From a phage: a stretch of DNA of 64,000 bases. The position numbers were made by a program, and so were the translations under genes. Under the pieces are notes generated by a model, which did not search any database, was not told the origin of the DNA, and worked only from the letters and a program-made list of their open reading frames with translations. Positions 57,457 through 64,000 of this stretch are shown one piece after another; within the stretch, counting starts at the first letter, position 1; every line of letters starts with the position of its first letter. The DNA is taken from assembly GCA_024875585.1 (NCBI GenBank), contig GCA_024875585.1_4107.1; one strand, 5' to 3'.

Positions 57457-57809
57457 GTATATTTTCGGTTTATATAGTAAACGTCCACAACGATGGTAGT
57501 TTAATTGAATTTGATCTAGTTGATAACGATGATAATGCATATGGTATTAAAGTGCAGGGAGATGAAGTGCAGTTCACTACAAGAACAAATTTTGAAAATC
57601 CAGTCCAAGTTCCTAATTTCATAGAAGATGAAGCTGCACGATTCCAATACGAAACGATATACGAGAATGTACATATGCATACTGTTATGCAACAAAGTTT
57701 AGTTCAATTAGTTCCTTTGTTTAAACAAAATATATATGTACATGAATTGTCGATTAATGACGTTCGCAGTTCCGTTTTGTTCGGTTCCAGGGATACCGAT
57801 GATATGTAA
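57453..57809 (+). CDS. family B protein B10 (short form)
   Basis: ATGA overlap; EDEAARFQYETIYEN. Confidence 0.75.
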   Translation: MSIFSVYIVNVHNDGSLIEFDLVDNDDNAYGIKVQGDEVQFTTRTNFENPVQVPNFIEDEAARFQYETIYENVHMHTVMQQSLVQLVPLFKQNIYVHELSINDVRSSVLFGSRDTDDM

Positions 57810-57818
57810 GGAAGTGTT

Positions 57819-58367
57819 ATGAGTTTATTAGATACATTAGAAAAAGACCGAAGTGCAATTAAACGATTAAAAAAGCAAATTCAAAAGATTGTATACAACG
57901 TTGATAAGTTTGAGGTTCCTGGGAGAGTAGGTGATATTTCCCATACTGAGATCAAATCCCTTAAGTCAGATTTGTTGGTTAAAAATAAAAATGAGTTGAT
58001 TTTAGTTTTGAGTTCAGATATGATGGGGGTAAGATATGGTTTTAATTCAGTATCAGTGCATCCTAAGAGTGAAGGGATATATCTATCACAGGGTTTCAAT
58101 AGCAACGAGCAGAAGTGTTTTTACGATGCTGTACATGAACCTTTGAAGTTTACGAGAAGTGAAGCTCAAGCGTTATTAGAGCTATCAGACGAGAGTTTGT
58201 TTCAGTACAGTACAATGTACGACAATGACAAGCTTCGTTGTATGTACGCAGTGAAGCATTATGCACATGAGTTCTCTGGATTTGAATACCTTTTAGTTAG
58301 AACCAATACAATGTATCTTGATATGTTAGAAGAATACATCGATAAAGTTGTTAATGAGTATCACTAA
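57819..58367 (+). CDS. family B protein B11
   Basis: SD aagga; LSDESLFQYSTMYDND. Confidence 0.85.
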   Translation: MSLLDTLEKDRSAIKRLKKQIQKIVYNVDKFEVPGRVGDISHTEIKSLKSDLLVKNKNELILVLSSDMMGVRYGFNSVSVHPKSEGIYLSQGFNSNEQKCFYDAVHEPLKFTRSEAQALLELSDESLFQYSTMYDNDKLRCMYAVKHYAHEFSGFEYLLVRTNTMYLDMLEEYIDKVVNEYH

Positions 58368-58528
58368 TGAAAGAGTTATTTGAAGATCAGTTCAATACCT
58401 ATGTGGATAATATTCTTTATTCCAATCGTGCCAGTCAACGAGGAAATCGTGCTTACAATATTGATTACCTATTAGTGGTACTGAGTTCACAGTACACACA
58501 CGCTGTACAGAGGATGTATTATGAATAG
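58367..58528 (+). CDS. hypothetical small protein (53 aa; below cutoff)
   Basis: TAATG junction; MKELFEDQFNTYVDNILYSN... Confidence 0.45.
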   Translation: MKELFEDQFNTYVDNILYSNRASQRGNRAYNIDYLLVVLSSQYTHAVQRMYYE

Positions 58529-58724
58529 TTATCACGATATTGCAAAGGAGAAGTTGGAGTGTAGTTTAGATTACGGTTTAAATAATTTTCTTACATGCAC
58601 AATGTACAGGGATGAAGATTATGAACAATCCGTAATTTCGTTGCATAGATATTTCGAAATAATTTACGCAAGATATCTTAGAAGGTTAAACGGGATAGGG
58701 GATTGGAATTATGATTACGTTTGA
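58521..58724 (+). CDS. hypothetical small protein (67 aa)
   Basis: SD gagga. Confidence 0.6.
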   Translation: MNSYHDIAKEKLECSLDYGLNNFLTCTMYRDEDYEQSVISLHRYFEIIYARYLRRLNGIGDWNYDYV

Positions 58725-58965
58725 AGAACCAGAAACAATGAGTCCATATACGATGAAAGGTTTTGAATTCATGATGGATTCGATTTTGAAGAATTCGTGT
58801 TTAGTACACAATCCTGGATGTGCTACAGTGAGGGAATATCAGGACAATGCATTGCATCGTGTAATGAATATGTACAGGAATACGAGCCGTAAGCTTTGTG
58901 CGATTAAAAGGATTAAAGAAATCAAGGCTTCTAAGATGAATAAAATCAATCCGTGTGATTTTTGA
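58711..58965 (+). CDS. hypothetical small protein (84 aa)
   Basis: in-train ORF. Confidence 0.6.
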   Translation: MITFEEPETMSPYTMKGFEFMMDSILKNSCLVHNPGCATVREYQDNALHRVMNMYRNTSRKLCAIKRIKEIKASKMNKINPCDF

Positions 58966-59001
58966 AATCTTCGTATTCATATATCATAAGGTTTAATAAA
59001 A

Positions 59002-59730
59002 ATGAAATATAAAGAATTTTGTATAAAAACATGGATGTACACTGGTGAATTGCTTACGTGCTGTAATTTGTACAAGCGTGATGTAAACTTCACAAAGGAC
59101 AAAGTTATCAAGTATGAAAATTCTCAATTTTATTTGATGGATTTTAGTACTGGGTTTCATGGTAAATCAACCGAGATGCTGGATTATACATTAATGGATG
59201 AGGCGGCACTATTTCAAGAATCATTAGTATTTGATAAGAAGTACATCTGTACATTAGAAGAGATGATTGAAATTCAGAATAAAATTAAATGTGTTCACAG
59301 GGAATGTATTGATAAATGGTGTAAAACGGGTGAAACTGATTTTAGTAATCATTTTAATCTAGGAGAAAGAGTGATGGAATTTGATTTTTTAATATCAGTG
59401 CATACATTCAAGAATACACATCAGTACTTTTGTAATTTAAACAAAGGTGATTTAATGCACAGTGCGAATGAGTATATTCATTTTATGGATGGTAAATTCA
59501 CATTCATTGATTACAGTTCATTACAATATCCACATCAAGATATGCCGGACTATACAATAATGAATGAGGCTGAACTATTTCAAGCTTCATTAGTATTTGA
59601 CAAGAAGTACATCTGTACATTTGAAGAAGTAATTACTATACAAAATGAAATGAAGGAGTATGCATCTTTGAATAAACCCAATGAAGGTATTAATCAAGAA
59701 TACAAATTCAATATAGAGATTCCAAAATGA
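59002..59730 (+). CDS. family B protein B12 (two fused core domains)
   Basis: MDEAALFQESLVFDKKYICTLEEM and MNEAELFQASLVFDKKYICTFEEV in one ORF; second unit begins near MEFDF (about 59375). Confidence 0.85.
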   Translation: MKYKEFCIKTWMYTGELLTCCNLYKRDVNFTKDKVIKYENSQFYLMDFSTGFHGKSTEMLDYTLMDEAALFQESLVFDKKYICTLEEMIEIQNKIKCVHRECIDKWCKTGETDFSNHFNLGERVMEFDFLISVHTFKNTHQYFCNLNKGDLMHSANEYIHFMDGKFTFIDYSSLQYPHQDMPDYTIMNEAELFQASLVFDKKYICTFEEVITIQNEMKEYASLNKPNEGINQEYKFNIEIPK

Positions 59731-60086
59731 CATATGATTACTCTATGTACTATTATAAGTTACCTAAAGGATGGGACTTGTGCTGTAATCTTATTAAGGG
59801 AGACTCGGAACATGAGTTGAATTTATATATGCACTACAAAGATTCTTGTTTTAAATTTATTCATGTATCACATGATGACTATGACTATGAATCTGAGAGT
59901 CTTATAGATTATACAGTACTGGACGATGGCGAACTATTTCAGGAAGCATTAGTGTTTGATAAGAATAAGTACTCCTGTACATTTGAAGAAATGGTTTCTT
60001 TGCAAACTGAAATGAAGAGATTTGAAAAAGAAAACGTATTTAATCCATCCCCATCAAGAACGAATAATTATTATTTCAATATATGA
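59727..60086 (+). CDS. family B protein B13 (short form)
   Basis: ATGA overlap; LDDGELFQEALVFDKNKYSCTFEEM. Confidence 0.85.
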   Translation: MTYDYSMYYYKLPKGWDLCCNLIKGDSEHELNLYMHYKDSCFKFIHVSHDDYDYESESLIDYTVLDDGELFQEALVFDKNKYSCTFEEMVSLQTEMKRFEKENVFNPSPSRTNNYYFNI

Positions 60087-60095
60087 GATTATAAA

Positions 60096-60578
60096 ATGAC
60101 ATTACAGAGTTCATTGGAAAAAGCAAAGAAGATCCATGAGTACATGAATATGGCAAAAGAAGGTTCAGTTTACGGTGTTTTCAAAGACACAAGTACTCAA
60201 TATTTTGTGCCGGATAACCTCCTTTATAATGACTACTCAGATACAGAAACGTGCGTACTGGATACCGACCCTAAAGATTATGAATGTTTCATTGATATGC
60301 ATTATGAGTACATGGTCTATATTAATGATGCAGATATTACCATCTACAGTACTGACTGCAATTCCGATGATATTATAATTCCTAGTGAAGTTCTGAATGG
60401 CCCGTGGGATAGTGAAGAGTATTACTTCCAACAAAGTACTGTATACAATGAAGAAGTACTTGATGTTATTATAATTATGTGGTACTTTAAAAATATTGGT
60501 TCTGATAACTTCTATTTCGATTACAGATACGTAAAGAAAGCTATAGATAACGATATTAATAAACCACACGGGGGTTGA
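60096..60578 (+). CDS. family B protein B14 (MSLQSALEKAKKIH subfamily)
   Basis: WDSEEYYFQQSTVYNEEVLDVIIIMWYFKN. Confidence 0.85.
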   Translation: MTLQSSLEKAKKIHEYMNMAKEGSVYGVFKDTSTQYFVPDNLLYNDYSDTETCVLDTDPKDYECFIDMHYEYMVYINDADITIYSTDCNSDDIIIPSEVLNGPWDSEEYYFQQSTVYNEEVLDVIIIMWYFKNIGSDNFYFDYRYVKKAIDNDINKPHGG

Positions 60579-60579
60579 A

Positions 60580-61050
60580 ATGAGTTTAGAAAGAGCATTA
60601 GAGATTGCGAAGTTAATTGATTTATGCAGCAAAGAAATTGTATCAAATTGTCTCAATGGATATCTATTCAAGGAAGGTAAATCATATTGTCGAATGAGAT
60701 ACGATGACAGTAGTGAGTATATTCACATGTATGAAGAAGACCTTGATGATTCCGAAATAACACTGAATGGGTGTGATGTTAATCTGGAAGATAATTACAT
60801 TTACTTCAGTCGTGGTGCTGATATTTTAATACAAGAAACATCAATTCAACATGTGAATCCAGATGTATATCTTCCATATTCAGTACTGGATAATGACTGG
60901 GGAAGTGAAGAGGTTTACTTTCAGCATAATACTATCTACGATGAAGATGTGCTTGACAAGCTTGTCATTCTGTGGTACTTTAAGAACACTGATACTCCCA
61001 ACTTCTATATGGATTTGGATCTACTACGAGTTATAAAAGAGGATATATGA
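60580..61050 (+). CDS. family B protein B15 (same subfamily)
   Basis: MSLERALEIAKLI; WGSEEVYFQHNTIYDEDVLD. Confidence 0.85.
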   Translation: MSLERALEIAKLIDLCSKEIVSNCLNGYLFKEGKSYCRMRYDDSSEYIHMYEEDLDDSEITLNGCDVNLEDNYIYFSRGADILIQETSIQHVNPDVYLPYSVLDNDWGSEEVYFQHNTIYDEDVLDKLVILWYFKNTDTPNFYMDLDLLRVIKEDI

Positions 61051-61490
61051 GTTTAGCAAGTGCACTTAAACTGGCACACAAAATACATCACTTCCACGAT
61101 AACATAAAAAGTGGGTTCTATGGTGATAAAGTAAGTGCATTGGGTAATGAGTATTATCTATCAGGTATAAAGACATACTCTGATGATATTTTACTTATGG
61201 GACATGATAAAGACAATACTATACAGTACTCTTCATGTAGTCAATATACTAGTTTTATGGTATATATTCCAGGTACTAAGATTACGTTTGACACATCAAA
61301 TTCACCTGTTGACTTCGGGGTACTTGATGGCCCGTGGGGTACTGAAGAGTATTACTTCCAACAGAGTCTTATTTTCAACCAAGAAATTCTTGATTCCTTG
61401 GTTGTTTTGTGGTACTTTAAGGAATTGAATTTTGAACCATTCTTTCTTGACTGGGGAGCATGTGAGTATTTAAGTACAGGGGATTTGTAA
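61047..61490 (+). CDS. family B protein B16 (same subfamily)
   Basis: ATGA overlap; MSLASALKLAHKIH; WGTEEYYFQQSLIFNQEILD. Confidence 0.85.
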   Translation: MSLASALKLAHKIHHFHDNIKSGFYGDKVSALGNEYYLSGIKTYSDDILLMGHDKDNTIQYSSCSQYTSFMVYIPGTKITFDTSNSPVDFGVLDGPWGTEEYYFQQSLIFNQEILDSLVVLWYFKELNFEPFFLDWGACEYLSTGDL

Positions 61491-61978
61491 TGTCGTTACA
61501 AAGTGCATTAAAAGAAGCAAAGAAAATCCATGAGTACATGATTATGGTACAAGAAGGTTCAGTCCCAGGTGTGTATAAAACATCTGATACTGAATTTTTT
61601 GTAAAAGACCGTGACGATTATGATGAGTCAGAGATATGTGCAGAAACGTTAGTACTGCACACTGATACTGGTGATAGTGATAACTGTGAATATCATATGT
61701 ACAATCAGTACATTAGTTATTGCCGTAATGAAGATATTACCATCTACAACACAGATATTGATGCTGATGACACTATCATTCCGTATTCAGTACTGGAAGG
61801 TCCGTGGGATAGTGAAGGGTATTACTTTCAGAATAGTACTATCTACAATGAAGAAGAACTGGATGTTATTGTGATTATGTGGTACTTTAAAAGTATTGAC
61901 TCCAGTAGTTTCTATTTTGATTATGAATATGTAGAGAATACAGTAGGAGAAGGTAATGTCATTACAAAGTGCTCTTGA
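61490..61978 (+). CDS. family B protein B17 (same subfamily)
   Basis: TAATG junction; MSLQSALKEAKKIH; WDSEGYYFQNSTIYNEEELD. Confidence 0.85.
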   Translation: MSLQSALKEAKKIHEYMIMVQEGSVPGVYKTSDTEFFVKDRDDYDESEICAETLVLHTDTGDSDNCEYHMYNQYISYCRNEDITIYNTDIDADDTIIPYSVLEGPWDSEGYYFQNSTIYNEEELDVIVIMWYFKSIDSSSFYFDYEYVENTVGEGNVITKCS

Positions 61979-62402
61979 AAAAGCAAAAGAAATACATGGA
62001 TACTTTGAAGATATAAAGGCAGGAAAGTTCAAAGAAGTATACAAAGCCGAGAACGGTAACTACTACAAAGATGAAATATATAATAATTCCGTTGGTGTAA
62101 GGGTTATTCTTGAGTTGAATTCCAATAGTCCTGTGTCGTTTTCTGAATACAATAGAGATGCAGAATTCATTAGTTATGTTGAAAATGGTAGCATTCGTTT
62201 TATTAATAGACAAAAACCATTAATTTTGAATTATGAAGTTCTGGATGGTCAGTGGGATAATGAAGAGTATTACTTCCAAAACAGTACTGTATACGACGAT
62301 GAAGTACTTGAAGCATTAGTTATTATGTGGTACTTCAAGAGTATTAACTGTCCTCGATTTTATTTGGATTTCGAAGAACTTGGTAAAGATCCAGAGGTAT
62401 AG
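61956..62402 (+). CDS. family B protein B18 (same subfamily)
   Basis: MSLQSALEKAKEIH; WDNEEYYFQNSTVYDDEVLE. Confidence 0.85.
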   Translation: MSLQSALEKAKEIHGYFEDIKAGKFKEVYKAENGNYYKDEIYNNSVGVRVILELNSNSPVSFSEYNRDAEFISYVENGSIRFINRQKPLILNYEVLDGQWDNEEYYFQNSTVYDDEVLEALVIMWYFKSINCPRFYLDFEELGKDPEV

Positions 62403-62403
62403 A

Positions 62404-62718
62404 ATGAAAAACTTATTCAGTGTTCAGTACGTTCCAGGTGAAATTAGTTTATTGTATCTCTTTGACCATGATAATTCATTATTACTAGTAGTAAAGAAAT
62501 GTCAAGCTAGTTCGTTTGTTGAATACATTCACGATAATGAATATATACCTGATTTTTTAGAGTGCGATTATTACGATGATCATGAATCATTTATTTTTCA
62601 GGAATCGCTAGTATGGGACAAATCGATTAACTTCTTTACGTTAATTGAATTACAAAAGCAAGTGAAGTATCATTGGGATTATTTAATTACACAGGATTAC
62701 ATTGAGATAGAAATATAA
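62404..62718 (+). CDS. family B protein B19 (short form)
   Basis: ATG 62404 after agagg; DDHESFIFQESLVWDKS. Confidence 0.8.
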   Translation: MKNLFSVQYVPGEISLLYLFDHDNSLLLVVKKCQASSFVEYIHDNEYIPDFLECDYYDDHESFIFQESLVWDKSINFFTLIELQKQVKYHWDYLITQDYIEIEI

Positions 62719-62960
62719 TGACTAAAAATGAATTTGATTCACTTTGTACTGTTTATAATTCATTAACAGAAATACCTAACTTTATTAGTTATATTTCAGC
62801 TTTAAATCACATTATGCATAGTTTTGAACAATCGTTTGAAGAGAAATATGCTGGAAGAAAAGTTCTATGTCATATGCCAATGTACTTAGGAGATGGTGAG
62901 CCTTACACTACAAGTACTACATGTGAAATAAAAAATATAATATATTATTGGGTACTATAG
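62718..62960 (+). CDS. hypothetical small protein (80 aa)
   Basis: TAATG junction. Confidence 0.6.
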   Translation: MTKNEFDSLCTVYNSLTEIPNFISYISALNHIMHSFEQSFEEKYAGRKVLCHMPMYLGDGEPYTTSTTCEIKNIIYYWVL

Positions 62961-63021
62961 AATTCACAGTATCCAATGGCGGTAGTTATATGTACTTTAG
63001 AGATGGAGTGGTTGAATTATT

Positions 63022-63471
63022 ATGAGTTACGAAAGTGCAATCAAGAAAGCAAATGATATTCTACGCGTCGTTCAATTCTTCAAAGAAAATCCTGAATACG
63101 TAGATGATAAAAACCAAGAGCACGATGAGAGATTGAGACGAAAAATTATCTCTTTATTTGACACTAATAAAGATAATTGGAGTCTAATTGAGTTAGCATA
63201 CGATTATATTTCATTGAACCGAAATGATGATGTAGTTAAGATAGAAAGGCATGAGTCAGAAGAATCTTTTAGAATTTCAGATATTTTATCCCTGAGTACT
63301 GAAGAAGGGTACTTCCAGGGTAGCACTCTTTATAATGAAGAAACACTTGACAATCTATGCACATTCAGTGTAATATATCAGAAATCTGTACTAGATATAT
63401 TTTATCTTGACACTGCTGAACTGCATACCCTAACCAATTTTGTTACTACCGAAGAGGCTACATTCGAGTGA
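63022..63471 (+). CDS. family B protein B20
   Basis: MSYESAIKKANDIL; LSTEEGYFQGSTLYNEETLD. Confidence 0.85.
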   Translation: MSYESAIKKANDILRVVQFFKENPEYVDDKNQEHDERLRRKIISLFDTNKDNWSLIELAYDYISLNRNDDVVKIERHESEESFRISDILSLSTEEGYFQGSTLYNEETLDNLCTFSVIYQKSVLDIFYLDTAELHTLTNFVTTEEATFE

Positions 63472-64000
63472 TGAAAGTTAACATTAATGACTTTGATGCA
63501 TTACAAGATTTATCAAAAAAGATTCGCACCATCGTACCAGTACTTAAAAAATGCAGTACTGGTTTAATCGATCCTAGTTCTGTTGTCAATGAGAAGTACA
63601 ATTTTCATCGTGTATTACAGGGGACAGGTGCATTTCAGAAGTGTGAGGTACGTGAGAAACATGTAATTGATACATCGTTGTTTTCTATTGGTGCACCTGT
63701 GTCAAACAATACTATTTTCCTGGATGCCGCTGGAAATATTCAACAATTAACATTTAAGAAAAGGAAAAAGAATAATAACATTGGTGTGTACGAGATGAAG
63801 TGGGGACAGCCAGAGTTGATGCGTGACATTCACATTCCTAAGTACAATTTCAATGCATTTGAAGAACAGTGTTTTCAACTTTCTTGTACTGACCCTGACT
63901 ATGCTATCATTCAATTCTATATGGAATTGCAGATTGCATTTAATAGTAATTTGTATATTAACTTATTGGCAATGAACATAGATGAAGTATTCAAAAACAT
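63471..64000 (+). CDS. family B protein B21 (3'-partial, runs off window)
   Basis: ATGA-type overlap with B20; open to the window end; AFEEQCFQLSCTDPDY. Confidence 0.7.
   Translation, partial: MKVNINDFDALQDLSKKIRTIVPVLKKCSTGLIDPSSVVNEKYNFHRVLQGTGAFQKCEVREKHVIDTSLFSIGAPVSNNTIFLDAAGNIQQLTFKKRKKNNNIGVYEMKWGQPELMRDIHIPKYNFNAFEEQCFQLSCTDPDYAIIQFYMELQIAFNSNLYINLLAMNIDEVFKN

Noticed and set aside
525-62213. Antisense and alternative-frame ORFs nested inside longer genes. Examples: 525..719-, 756..974-, 1611..1826-, 3270..3632+, 3810..4022-, 4917..5138-, 6031..6249+, 8844..9029+, 8972..9322-, 10955..11140-, 16021..16368+, 18717..18905+, 20361..20588+, 22805..23059-, 22855..23073+, 33700..33927+, 37046..37234-, 39201..39473-, 39785..39982-, 45463..45675-, 46247..46444-, 48696..48929-, 55123..55305-, 57881..58105-, 60175..60378+, 60237..60671-, 61183..61428+, 61671..61874+, 61787..62044-, 61962..62213-
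   Set aside because: They are fully embedded in better-supported genes (family membership, SD, coupling). They have no SD and show low-complexity translations typical of AT-rich antisense frames.
1-64000. Prophage or host chromosomal island, integrase, transposase or other mobile-element genes
   Set aside because: I saw no recognisable integrase, recombinase or transposase motifs and no host housekeeping genes. Gene density, promoter style and paralog arrays fit a virulent large phage.

Overview
AT-rich, densely packed phage-like DNA. It most likely comes from a large virulent (jumbo-type) myovirus of a Gram-negative host. Support: sigma70-type TTGACA/TATAAT promoters, AGGAG-type ribosome-binding sites (SD) and a clear T4 denV homolog. 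I see no rRNA, tRNA, CRISPR array, integrase or transposase.

Almost all genes are on the + strand. The exception is a five-gene minus-strand island of RCC1-like beta-propeller paralogs (14.9-21.2 kb).

Recognisable functions are few:
- endonuclease V (denV)
- a DUF262 / HNH / N6-adenine methyltransferase trio
- an AAA+ ATPase
- a TraR/DksA zinc-finger protein
- a GNAT acetyltransferase
- three minimal kinase-fold proteins

More than half of the roughly 165 genes belong to lineage-specific tandem paralog arrays:
- family A: about 70 aa, LGTNYQE motif, 29 copies plus 1 remnant, 45.1-52.6 kb
- family B: EExFQxSLVxD motif, 21 genes at 51-64 kb plus 2 distant members
- family C: KEFY...LIYRY, 15 genes, 21.3-24.7 kb
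- family D: small multi-pass membrane proteins, 3 + 8 copies

The 26.7-44.9 kb block looks more GC-rich on spot counts. It is a string of very small genes. Most of them have their own strong promoter followed by a conserved GGGGAA-N-TTCCCC leader hairpin.

A 2-kb ORF-less hub (24.7-26.7 kb) and several intergenic sites carry:
- promoter-driven non-coding units with a conserved CCCAC-N-GGGTGC core, on both strands
- a three-way-junction leader RNA in three copies
- an 8-bp-periodic iteron-like array
- extreme enrichment of the palindrome AGTACT / CAGTACTG

All calls come from reading the sequence and recognising motifs. No database search, folding program or k-mer statistic was run.
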